A DNA stretch of 64,000 nt from Geosiphon pyriformis uo1 (GCA_016748015.1 JAAOMT010000400.1:578113-642112), one strand, 5' to 3'; positions 36,145-48,947 are shown, numbered from the stretch's first letter. Notes: generated from the letters alone by a model not told the origin. Numbers and translations are program-made.

Positions 36145-39100
36145 GTGTTTTAGTTTGGAAGATTGCCACATGCAATATAAGGGGCATGAACAATCCTATG
36201 AAACAGAATAATATAATTTGTTGATATAAGGAGTCGAACAATTTGATTTCTATTGTTACTGAGACCAAGTTAAAGGGTAAAATTCGTCCATAGATCATGA
36301 ATAAGTTTGATGGTTTCTGGATGTTTACTTCTGAGTTGGATTCTGGTCATATGGGCTCTGACATTGCAATTGTCATGGACATTTTTTTGGTGAAACATGT
36401 GTGCAAAGTTTCTGAGGTGTCTGGGTGGCTCCTGTTCATTAAGCTGCTTTTCAAGAATAAACTTTCTGTGTCTATTTTAGGGCTTTATGCTGGTGCTTCT
36501 TCAATTGCTCAGTTTTCTTAGGCTGGTGAAGTCAACTCTCTCATTGCTAAGACTGTTAATGAATCTTCTTTTATTATTTTGGATGGTAATTTCAATAAGA
36601 ATGGTTTGTATAAGAGTACAAGTTTTAAAAGATGTCTAGACTTAGGGCTGGTCAACTCTTTGTCAGGTAACCCAGTAGTGAAAAGTTCTACATGAGAAAA
36701 TTTGAGGGGTGTGAAAAAAACAATTGATTTTGTGCTAGTTTTGTCTAATTTGGTCAATGCAGTAGTGGATTACAATGTTGTGAATGTGAGTGAACATTTC
36801 AACACTAATCATTAGGCAGTTTTGTTTCTGTAGGCTTAGACAGTCTGCTGGATACTCAGTTAAACTCTCTTTGTAGGCAGGCTAATAGAAATCATTGGAA
36901 GTTTGATTTCAGGGATGCTGACAACAGTAAATGAAAAAATTTTAAAGATGCCACTTCAGCCAATGCTGGAATGTTTGCCAATGAGTTTGCTACTGCTGTA
37001 CAACTCTCGGATTTGGATGTCATATGGAATGTTTTGCACAAAATAATGACTCTTTCAGCACATGGGATATTTAGAAAGAAATAGTTCAAGAATTTTGATG
37101 GAGTTTTCACCAGAGATTCTTCAAAGTTTCATAAGCTGGAGTTGCTGGTGTTTAAGCTAGTTAAGACTTCTCGCTTAGTCTCTAATGTAGAATTTGCTTC
37201 ATTATTGGATATGTAATGTGGGTTTGATGCTAATGGTGCATCAGTAGTAAAGTTTTTATTTCTTTCAGGTTCCAATTTCGACATAATTCGCTCGGCTCTG
37301 GCTAAGGTAAGGAAATTTTACTACTCTTTTAAGCTGCTGAAATTCAGGCATGCTGAAGAAACATGTATCAAGATGGCTATTAATAAGAAAATGGAAAGTT
37401 TTGAATCAGACAAAGGTCACACCATCAGGAGTGTTTTGGAGTGCCCCTTTCATAAGGTGGTACTGAATTATCTAATAGTAGGTGACGAATTGGTATTAGA
37501 GCCAAGCCTAGTTAAATTTAGGGTGGATGAGATCATGAAAGATTGAACCAGAAAGCACAAAGTAATGCCTGACATTTCAGATGAATAGTTTTGCCAATAC
37601 TGGCCTCTGGAGTATGTTTTTGATAATGCCTTTTCTGGTGTAATGTGTTCTGTTGGTGTTAATAAGTTGTTTGGTGTGGTTTCTAATCTTCTCAAGGGTA
37701 AAGCTGCAGGTCTTTTTGGGATTTTGAATGAACTCTAGAAACATTGTGATGAATCAGTTTTGGATATGCTTTTGGTGCTTTTGAATTCTTGTTTAATCTG
37801 CGAATTAGTATCTGGTGCTTAGAAAGAAACTTGAGTCTTAATGATTCCTAAACTGTATGAATGGAATAGAGTTCTCACAAACATTTGATCTATTGTTTTG
37901 ATTGAAACTGTTTGCAAGATTCTTTCCAAAATTCTCTTGGATAGGATCTTATTGGCATGTAGTACTTTTGATGTTTTGTGTGGGGACAATTTTTTGGTCC
38001 TAAGAGGTACGATGATGCAGTCACCTATTTTTGCCATTGGTTCAGTGGTTGAAAATGCTTTAGAAAAGGGTCGTGAACTCTGGTTGGTCTTGCAGAACAT
38101 GTAGAAAGCTTATAATTCTGTTGGGTGGGAGCATCTTCGAAACAGTTTGGTTAAGATAAAGATGTGTAACAGATTCATTAGGTTTTTTGGTAGTATTCAT
38201 AATGATTGCATTAATAGGGTTATGACAGATTTTGGTTTGATGGATGGATACAGAGCGCACGACAGCTTGAACCAGAAGGAGATGTTCTCACCACTCCTTT
38301 GGCACATATTTTATGATTCTCTTCTGTGTGAGGTCAAAAGACAGGTGGATGAGTGTGGATATAGGTTGAATTCTTACTTTATTTCTGGATGTGATCATGC
38401 TGAATCTCAGATTAGTCTCTCCTATTTTTTCACCATAGGTGCCTTTGTTAATGATACTATATGAGTTGGCAGCAGTTGAAGTGCTACACAGCACATTCTC
38501 AATGTTGCTAGTGAATTTTTTGATATCAATGATATTTCAATTAATAATGATAAGACTGTAGCCATTCTCATCAATTGCAAGGTTGCAGATTCTTCCCTGT
38601 TGATCAGTGAGTCACCTATTTCTATTGTTAAGAAAGGGGAATTGTATTATTATTTAGAAATCTATCTGTCGACTGAGGGTCTTTCCAAACTTAGCTTAGC
38701 CAAAGCATATTCTGATGTCTGGTTTTTTGCTAATTTGGTCTTCAAAAAGGCAGTATCTAATAAGCAGTTTTTGTATTTGGTTTTGGCAGTCCTCTTTCCT
38801 ATTGTTAATTATAGAACACAATTCAGTTATGTTCCTGTTAGTGCTTGTAAGAAGTGAGACACTCTGATTTGTAAGGGCTTGAAATTTAAGTCTGGCCTGC
38901 CGCATGACTTCCCTAGTGATGTAATTCATCATCTTTCTTTGTACAGTTTGAAGACTTTTGAGCAAATTCAGGCTGAGAATAAGTCAGCTTCAGTCATTTC
39001 TTTTACGAACTCTGTTGGTATTTTGGGTTGTCTATTCTTTCACCAGTCACATAATCTTCAGATCCTCTACTGGCATCTACTTTATTCTTTACAGTACCTG

Positions 39101-40033
39101 GTTTATGTCAAGGTCAACTCTCTGAATAATTTTCTGGTTGGTATGGTGCACATTTTCTCTGGGAGTGATTTGTCTTTGGGTGGCTCTCTAACCGATGCTT
39201 TTTGTCATCAGAGTGGAACCTCTATGTCTTGTGTTCTTGGTGAATCAACCTATTTTAAGTGTGTCTCTTTACTTTAGCATTATAGAATTGTCTTCATGGA
39301 CCAGCTGCTTGATTGAAGTAGGGCTATTTTTAATTAGAAAACCTTCAAGTAGTAGAAGTGGTTGGACCTGCATGGTTTAGTTCCTGCCTGGTTTGAGCTT
39401 TTTGTTTGATTTTTTGGTGGTGAATCCTCTCTTTCTGTTTATTCTTCACTTTTGGATGATGGTGGCTCTTCAAATATTCTTTGCTCTTGTGGGTTTAGTG
39501 TTATTAGTGCCAATTTGTTGTGTTCTGATGTTGGTTATCTTTCTGTCTATATGGATGGATCTTTGAGTGGCTTGGAGTCTGTTGATATGAAAGCCAGAAC
39601 TGCTGTTTTCTTTGAGGACATTGGTATGAATTTGGGTGTAGGAGTTTCTGGTTTGATGTCTTCTACTTTGACAGAGTTGCAGACCATTGCTCTAGCTCTC
39701 GAGTGTGTCTCTTCTTCTCGCTTGATTGACTTGTTCTTGAACAGTCAAGCAGCTTTGGATGCTTGCAAGTTGGAGTTGGATTTGGTTTGCCCGGATTTTA
39801 GAAATTGGTGTTGGATTAAATGTTGCCATATTGTGAACATCGTTTGTCATAAAAATTTGAATGTTAATTGGTATAAAGTCAAAGACCATTCAGGTGTTTT
39901 AGGCAATAAGTGTGCAGATGAGTTGGCCAGAGCTACAGCTTTTTTTAGCTGGAATCTGCTCTATTTTATCAATGAATGCTATTTTAGAGTTGGTGGTGCT
40001 GCCATTTCTGGTAATTTTAGGCATTTTGTTGGG
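36141..40033 (+). pseudogene. LINE ORF2 (APE endonuclease, reverse transcriptase, RNase H)
   Basis: WKIATCNIRG, TETKL, G(N/D)FN; RT KAYNSVGWEHL, QKEMFSPLLW, AFVNDT; RNase H VYMDGS, TELQTI, NSQAA, KVKDHSG..GNKCADELA. Confidence 0.92.
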
Positions 40034-41028
40034 TGTTATTTATAGAATATAAGAAGTATATTAGCATATAAATTAGCCAATTAGAGGTAGACATAATAAA
40101 TGTGAAATTCCAGGATTCCTTTCAGAGGAATTGCAGGATTCCAGGAATTTCAGGATTCTCGTATGAGGAATTGCAGGATTCCAGAATTCCAGAATTCCTC
40201 TCAAAGGAATTGCAGGATTCCAGGAATTTTAGGATTCCTGACATGAAGAATTGAGAAATTGAAGAATCTCAAATACATATATATAGCAGTAGTATCAGAA
40301 GTTAGAAAATTAGTCAATGAGACTCAGAGTTAATTGATTCACAGAGTCAATTAGACTCATAGAATTAATTAAACTCACAAATCATAATTATTAAAAATAC
40401 AAAAAAAAAAACAAACTTTTTTAGTTTAGACCTCTTAGTTTAGATTTAATCTAAGCAACTCTCCAAATCACAAGCATCTAATAAATAACTATTTGTTATC
40501 TCAAACTCATTTCCACTATCAACACTTCATGTTGATAGTAATTGATACTTAACCACACTAAAACAATAGCTCTTGATCATGGCTATTGATGGAATACTAA
40601 CTTGTAAATTGCCTTGGCTTATTTTTTTTTTTTCTTTATTTTTTTTTTTTTTTCTTTATTTCTTGCTTTGATTTTATTGTTGTTTACTAATTTTATTAAA
40701 GATTAATGCACGGGGTACTAATGTCATGATAAATGTGACTGGTAAAAGACCCAGAAATAAGGGTAGAATACTTGATTGAGAATAGCTTATCAGAAGGAAT
40801 ACCGGCCATCAAGCTGAGAAAAAAATTGACAAAACTGTGGTTTCGGAAAGCTACAAATAAAACTATTACCATTGAATCTCTGTCCATTATACAAAAAACT
40901 TAACCAAACCCTTTGGATACAAACCTGTCAAACATAAACCTTTAGATCATTATTAATTGCAACTAGATTTGAGCACCAAGTTACAGATTTGTTATCTAAT
41001 CCAACACCAGAAATAGTTACCTGTAACA
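40034..41028 (+). repeat. LTR-B (5' LTR, 995 bp)
   Basis: TGTTA...GTAACA; homologous to 57165-57941 and blockwise to 5509-6388. Confidence 0.93.
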
Positions 41029-41030
41029 TT

Positions 41031-41047
41031 TGGTGCTCTCTGTAAGG
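41031..41047 (+). promoter_or_regulatory. Primer binding site TGGTGCTCTCTGTAAGG
   Basis: 2 nt after the LTR end; transition variant of the 15743-15758 PBS. Confidence 0.85.
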
Positions 41048-41087
41048 TATAATCCTACAGAGAACCAGCACCAACACAAATCTAAAA

Positions 41088-44000
41088 GTGGCAGAATCAG
41101 AAAACATAGGAGCAAACCATTTAGGATTCACAAAATCTTTATTTTAATACTACTGTCAACATTTGGGATTAAATTACAACCACATATTAGTGGAATCAGC
41201 TTTCAATTTCTACATCAACAAAAGAATTGACTATCTGTTAGAAACACTAGTAAATATCGAATTGGCAAGAGAAGCCTTTTACAGTGAATTAATTCAAAAT
41301 ACCAACCTGCCAACAAATCACAATTTTGCCTCCATTATTATGGAAATCAACAAAGAAATTGAACACCACACACAGCAAAGATACTCCATTACTTACATGA
41401 GCAAAGGCAAAGGAAAATTGCAAACACCAGCAGTAACACCCAAAAGAATACAACCATCTACTTGAAAGAAAACAAGAGTTGAGTCCCCAATTAATCTATC
41501 ATACCACTATACACCAGAAGTGCCATTAATATTACATCTACCAGTGTGGCCACATCAAACATAACATCAGCATTTGAATGATTTCCATTCCAAAGTAAAC
41601 AAAGGAAAGCAGAGTTATTAGAACCATACAGCACATATTTTGAAGGATTTAACTCATGATCATCAACACCATTAGGACTCCGATCACCACCACCTCCCCC
41701 AGATTTTGGAATTTCTGATCCATGGGAAGTAATGGAATCAAAAGAAGAGAAAGAAGAAGAAGCTGAAGATTAAGAATTCACTTACCAGAACCCGATTGTT
41801 GAAAACCCAGAATTTGAAATCCTGAATCTTCAAACCCAGCAAAATTTAAACCTAGAACATCTGGAAATCGAAACTCCAAACATTCAGATACCACCAATTC
41901 AGAATAATCAAAACTCTGATTTAATAAATCAACAAAACTTACCTCTAGTAATTGTCATTGATCAACCACTAATTAATCCAATAGCTGAACTCATACAACC
42001 ACCACTTCAACTACCACTCCAACAACCCATGTAACAACAACCACTTCAACTACCATCACAACAACCCAACTTAGATTCAATGGCCTATACACCAATTACA
42101 AAACTTGACAATTTTACTGGCGAAGAGAATGACACCCAAATATGGCTTAACGATATTGAAAAAGCCATAGTAATCAATAGATGGAACGACAGTAGAGCTC
42201 TTCAAGTGATCCCCTATTTTCTCAAAGATACTGCCAACTCATGGTATCAGAGCCTAGCTGCCAAACCACAAACCTTTAATGAGTTTAAAACAGAATTTTT
42301 AAGATACTTTAGTAATAACAATAGTATCAATCACTTGACTAACACATTCACTACCATCAAACAAGGGGACACAGAAGCAGTCACCACTTACTTAGGATGC
42401 TTCCATAGAAATCTGCACCAAATTTAGGCAATCCAAGCTGATTACTTTACAGCACCACAGATCTTGAACCAGTTCATCAGAGGATTGTGCAGTAGTATCC
42501 TTCAGCAAGTACATTCAATATATCCAGTTAACCTTCTAACTACTGTCACCTACACCAGAGATTTTGAAGCAGCCTAATTAGAAGCTAATTACACTCAAGC
42601 TATGAATCTAGCAATGAATGGATCATCTGAATTGAATTCCAAATTGAAGCAATTCAGTGATTCAATTAATCAGAAATTAGAGAGATACTTAGCTGACAAT
42701 CGCACAATTTATCAAACTTCTTAATGGCATAACAATCAGGAAAATGCGAATTGTTTCCAAAATCAGTCACATCCATTGTCGTCATCCAATCAGTCGTGGC
42801 AGCCAGAGACGTGCATCTGCCATAACTGTAGTAAACAAGGACACATTAGAGCCAACTGCCATACTTATAGCAATTCATAATCGGGAAATCAATATAAAAA
42901 CCCTGATCACTGGTTCCAGACTCTGAACCATCACCTAAATTAAGACCAATACCAACCCACTTACCTGCCTATAACGCACCAATGAATTTATCAACTGCCA
43001 GTTTATTAAACTCCAGTTTATCAACCACAGCCACAAGTAATTTATCCGGCACAACCACAAGTAATATATCAACTACAGCCACCAGCAATCTATCAAACAC
43101 CCATCATTCAAACATTACTAGCAAACCCAGCTCAAATGACATCAAGGAACCCAAGATTGAGAATTACCCAAAACAGAAGATCGGAGATGGTTGTATATCA
43201 ACTGATCCCCAGCTCTTCCTACCAACAATCAGGATCTCATCAGTAGAATTCGGGCACCAGTCCCACCCAAAACCCAAATTCCCAACACTATTTAAGCCTT
43301 CTAGTGACTCCAGAAGATGCCACATCCAGCAATCCAGGAATTGAACAACAGCAACCACTTACCAATAATATTCCACCTGCTACAATCACCAAAAATGAAT
43401 CTTTAGATGCCATCTTTTCATTCGAACTCGAAGAACCATCAAATGTGCCATTATTTAGTGGAGCTGCACTTAAAGAGAAACCAATCATGGCCATGTATAC
43501 TGATGCCAAGGTTGATGGCCACTCTATCAAATTAATCCTGGACAGTGGTTCAGCAGACAGCATCATTACACAACAACTTATGGATTAATTAGGTCACTGA
43601 GTTGATCGTACTGCCAGCGCCAAGATTATCACTGCTGATGAAGCCACTAAAACTCTAATTGACAAAATCAATGACTTCCCAATTGAAGTCAACAGCATCG
43701 TAGTACCCATCAAAGTTCTGGTGATGAAAGCCACCTAATACCAAGCTTTAGTTGGTAATGACTGGTTATCCAAAAACCAATGCCATGCTCAATTAGATGA
43801 TTCAAGAACTAGTACTCAGCCAGAATGGTCAATACACACAAGTACCAACAATGTGTGGTCACTTCAAAGCTACCAACACCACAGCACCACTAATTGACTT
43901 TGAAGAAAAAAAACCAAAACCTACTTGGAAAGTGTATCAAGTCTCATGGGCCGACAAAGAACACAACAAGCTGCCATCAATACTCTCATGAGATAACAAT

Positions 44001-47000
44001 GACAAAGGAAAACAGAAGAGAACAGAATCTATCTGAAACATAGACCAAGTCTGGGACACCGACCACAACTTAAAAGAATCACCCAGTTGGGAATAGGATA
44101 AAAGAAAAAAAGAGAAAGAAAAAGCAAAGAAAAAAGAGCCACTACCAACTGCCAGTTATATTCCTTATACATATATACCACCACAATTATTGAGCTATCA
44201 CTGACCAAAGCTCATATGCGTCAATTGTGGCAAGAAATTGTTGTCAATGAGTGCATGCTGTGGTGATGACAAGGAATACCAGACAGCAACTAAGTTCTAT
44301 TGTCACACATGCCTCATCGAACACTTTGGAAAACCAAAACAAGTGGGAAAATGGGATAATACATCATGTTTAACTTGTGGGGAAACTCTCTTTGATGAAG
44401 GAATGTGAAACAACATTCCTGGGAGAGGAGAAATGTGCGATAAAACCTGCCAGTATATGATACTAATCAATGATTGGGTACGCAAGGGAACACCAATTGA
44501 TCACACCTGAAAATGAGCATTATGATGATTAGAAGGATATCCACATGACAAAAATAACAACTTTCATCTCAATCACTCTCTTATCGCTAATTTCCCTTTC
44601 CCTACCTTCAAGTATCCTAGAGAATAACAAGTGCAAAAGCAGAAGGTGCGACAACCAGTGAACTACTAGAAATCAAAAACAACCTCCTATCTCTGTCTGA
44701 ACTAGAATATGTCCTAATGTTCGACATATTTGGTAACATTGAGAACAATCCAGAAGAATTCCACGAGCACTATCAATGGTTGGCATCTACTTGAGAAGAA
44801 CAAGAGCAATAGTTGGAAGAAATAAACACTCGACTATGCGACCACTATTTGATTCCATGTGATTTTCAATATTGTAATGAGTGTGACCTTATTTACAATC
44901 TGCCACCATGCATGATCTACATGATTCCAGAGGAAAAGGAACCAATCAACAGCTGTGCATCAGAATCGGAATCAATTTTTAATCCTGATTCAAACTCTGA
45001 CAATAACAATGACAAAAACACCGGTTCTAGCTCTGTCCAATATGGTAAGAACAATGACAATAATTCCAACTCAGATTTAAACCCTGATTCAAACTATGAA
45101 CAATATATTGCACTTTCTAACCTCACCAAGGAACAGAAACTTAAATAGTTCAGTGATAATAATAAAGATATTATGCCAGAACACATGCATAATACTGATG
45201 TTAGGTTTGATCTGAGGTATCCAGGAAAAGATGCCATCCAATTGGAACTACATTCATGCACCTACATTGATTTAAAGATAGCACTGGAAATTCCGGCAAC
45301 AACAATGGTTCAATTAGTATCTAGGAGTAGTCTAGCAAAAAGAGAGATAAATATCAAAGAGGGAATAATTGATGCAGGATATGTAAGAAATATTATCACC
45401 ATGCTATAAAATAACTCAGAAAAGGCCTATATTATAGAGCCAAACAAAAAGATAGCACAAACAATCTTCCTGTCTCTGGTTAAAGTAGCTCAATTAGTGT
45501 CAGTGGAAAACAGAAAAGAATTAAGAATAACAGCAAGAGGAATACAGGGATTCAGATTCACAGATAGAATAGCTATACCAGTCAATATGGCAAAGGAAGA
45601 AATTGTTGGCCAAGGAGAAATTGTTTTAACCAGTCAAGCAATTTCTATTCCACCATATGACCAGTACATATTGGCAATAGAAAGAAGAGTGAAGAATCAA
45701 GCACAGATTTTTGAAGCAGAAGCAACCCATTGTGAATCAGGAAAGATTGAACTTATCAATCTCCACATACCAGTCAAGAGCCACAACCATATCAAAATTC
45801 TCATCTATAATACAACAGGAGATGTCATCACAATACCAAAAAGAACCATCATTGGATACTTAAGCACAGAATTAGAAAATCAACCACCAAGCATCATTCC
45901 AGATTTTCCATAGCTTTGTGGATATGTGGATATTACATCACAAACAATATATAGATGAAATAAATGTTATTTGCTCCAACCAGAACAATTGGAACAAATG
46001 AACATGGAAAACTTAAACCCACTTCAATGTATATAGCTTAAGATGTTGCTTAATAATTTCAATAACATCTTTGCCAGTGAAAACAAATTTGGCAGAACTG
46101 ACATTATCCAATACCAGATAAAAACTGGAGATGCGATGCCAATCAAACAAAGAGCATACAGAGTACCACCAGCCAGCCATGAGATCATCTGTCAAGAAAT
46201 CAATCAAATGCTTGACAATGGGCTAATTCAGCTATCAATGAGTCCATAGTTGTCATCAGTAGTACTTGTCCATAAAAAAAACAGGAAGATCTGTTTTTGT
46301 GTGGATTACAGAAAACTCAATAATATAACTCGTGGAGACAGTTATCCAATTCCACAGATACAAGAATTATTCAATGCTTTCAGTGGAAACAAATGGTTCT
46401 CAACATTGGACTTGAATAGTGGTTATTGGCAAGTAGCCATGGATCCAGCTGACAAAGAGAAAATGGCATTCACCATAAGGAAAGAGAATTTTGAATTTAA
46501 AGTAATGCCATTCAGCTTAACCAACACTCCAGCAACCTTCCAATGGCTAATGGAAATTGTGTACACTGGCTTATTGTGGAAATTAGTAGTTGTGTACTTG
46601 GACAACACCAATATATTCTCAAAAACATTTGATGATCATCTCCATCATCTTCAACAAGTATTCAAAAGACTGCAATGAGCAGAATTAAAGCTAAATGCTA
46701 CCAAGTGCTTTTTTGGCAAAACAGAACTGAAGTTTCTGGGACATATAGTCAGCAAAAACGGCATCAAGACAGACCCAGACAAGATAGAGATAGTAAAAAA
46801 CTTTCCAGTGCCAACCAATGTGACCAAACTAAAATCATTCTTGGAATTTGCAAGCTATTATTGTCACTTCATCAAAGACTTTTTTAAAATTGCTCAGCCA
46901 CTTAACCATCTCCAAACCAAGAATGCAAAATATGAATAGACTGAAACTCAACAAAAAGCTTTTGATACTTTAAGAAGAAAGCTCATTCAAGCTCCAGTAT

Positions 47001-48240
47001 TAATATATTCAGATTATAGTAAACCATTTATTATTACTACCAATGCATCAAGTCAAGCATTAGGAGCAGTATTATCTTAGAAAAGACCAGATGAAAGAGA
47101 ACATCCAGTAGCATATGCCAGCTGAGATTTAACTCCAGCCAAAAAGAACTATAAAACACCAGAATTAGAACATTTAGCAATCTATTGGACAGTTATGAAA
47201 TGGAAAGAATACTTGAGCCAAAAGTTTGAGGTATACACAGATCACAAAGGATTAACATCACTCCAAAAACAAGAATTTGGAGACAGAAGACAGTCAAGAT
47301 AGAAAATGGCTCTTTTGACATATACTTATACCATACATTATAAAAAAGAAAAAGACAACAGAAATGCCGACAGTTTGTCATGAATGAGACAAATTTAAGA
47401 ACATTTCAACCCAAAAATATAACAAAACCAAAACAATACTCACAAAAATATAACAAAAGATGAATACACAAAAATATTAACAACTTCAACATTATATAGA
47501 TACTTAACAGTTCAAGAAGAAATTATCCCAATTGGAACAAAAGAAAATCAAACAACAATCCAAATATTTTATTATTTACCAAAATATACTTTATTGGAAA
47601 AATAGAAAAGATGCAGATCAACCAACCAAAGTAATTACAGAACCAAAAAAGGAGACAATACTGTTCAACATACACTCAGATCCAACTACAGAACATTTTC
47701 ATAAAGAAGATACCATGGAAAGAACCAGAAAAAGATACTATTAACCATCAATGTATTCAGACATCATCCAATATATGCAAAATTGTGATGCTTGTCAAAA
47801 AAGAGAAGGAACAAGACCCAGCAAACCATTAAGACCAATCAAAGTGAGACAATCATTTGACCACATTGGAATCGATTTAGTTGGACCATTGACAATTACC
47901 AGCAGAGGCAACAGATATATTGCAATAGTCATAGACTATCTTACTAAATGGCCAGAAGCCAAAGCAATTCAAAGAGCGGATGCAGAATCCATTGCCAAAT
48001 TCATCCATCAAGATCTGATTTGTTGACATAGATGTCCAAAAAAACTATTATCAAACTAAGGAACTCATTTTGTGAATAGAACATTAGCAGAACTAAGCCA
48101 AAGATTCGGAATTAAGAGACCACTATCATCACTATATCATCCACAAACCAATGGATTAGTTGAAAGATTTAATAGAACATTGTGTGAAGCAATAGTGAAA
48201 CTCAGCCAAAAAAACCAGGATGAATGGGATTTGTTCATAC
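41088..48240 (+). pseudogene. gag-pol: Family B gag-pol (gag, CCHC, PR, Cys-rich module, dUTPase, RT, RH, IN N-terminal half); the IN remainder is at 55866-56470
   Basis: ORFs 42080-42427 (capsid), 43304-43588 (LILDSGSA), 45173-45409 (dUTPase), 46250-46678 (RT), 47751-48026 (IN). Confidence 0.92.
45173..45565 (+). pseudogene. dut: dUTPase domain, family B copy 2
   Basis: RFDLRY, SRSSLA, GIIDAGY, KIAQ, RGIQGFRF (decayed RGxxGFGST). Confidence 0.9.
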
Positions 48241-48895
48241 TGTTATAGTTGAAACTCATAATTTTTATTAATTATCACATGTATTAGTCACTGATGTCAT
48301 ATAATTAGCCACTCTATTTTTAGATAGTGATCATTGACCTAATCATTGACCTGGTCATTGACCTGATCATTAACCACTTTCAATAGCTATATAAGCAATG
48401 AGTCTCTTAGCTGTAGAAAATCATCTCTCAGACAAGAATCAAATAAATAAAAATAACAACTTTCATCTTAATCACTCTTTTATCGCTAATTTCCCTTTCC
48501 CTATCTTCAAGTATCCGAACATCTTAGGATAAAAGATTACTTGTTGGCCTTTTCTTGACATATATAATTGTAGCATTTGAAGATTATTTGAATAAACGTG
48601 ACTGAAGAGCACAAGTTGATACCTGATATTGAATTCTAAGAGTGCTGATGTGAGGGATAGAATTATACTAGCAGTTATCAATTGTTGACAGTATGGACTA
48701 TCCCTCTACCTTCAGATTCCCTTGTTACCTTTTGAAAAGAATAGCGACTGAGATATTTTATGAGACTGATCTTGCACATTGAATCCATACTCATTCAATT
48801 TGCTCATTGAAGTTGAATCCCCTTTAATTATTTCCATCACCCTACAATCCTGTTCTCCCTTGCTATCTGTTAGCTTGTTACTCCAACCCATAACA
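48241..48895 (+). repeat. LTR-C (5' LTR)
   Basis: TGTTATAG...CATAACA; direct repeat of 55219-55861. Confidence 0.95.
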
Positions 48896-48901
48896 TAAAA
48901 G

Positions 48902-48918
48902 TGGTGCTCTTTGTAAGG
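48902..48918 (+). promoter_or_regulatory. Primer binding site TGGTGCTCTTTGTAAGG
   Basis: 6 nt after the LTR end; same core as families A and B. Confidence 0.8.
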
Positions 48919-48947
48919 TTGTCAAAATTTACTTATTCCCTTATTGT

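Larger units (their letters stand above)
34080..40033 (+). mobile_element. LINE (APE endonuclease, RT, RNase H), near full length; 3' end lost at the LTR-B junction
   Basis: ORF1 and ORF2 remnants in tandem; ends abruptly at TGTTA (40034). Confidence 0.92.

Noticed and set aside
40690-41131. Protein-coding ORFs within LTR-B U5 (either strand)
   Set aside because: Indels between subfamilies are mostly not multiples of three, so no frame is conserved.
42982-43344. Ser/Thr-rich ORF suggesting a gag-pol frameshift in family B
   Set aside because: The Gln/Pro-rich frame runs from capsid through CCHC to protease with only transition-derived stops; the Ser/Thr ORF is an alternate-frame shadow.
48600-48780. 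Hammerhead ribozyme in LTR-C or LTR-B
   Set aside because: CTGA-containing words are present, but I could not assemble a CUGANGA...GAAA core with three stems.
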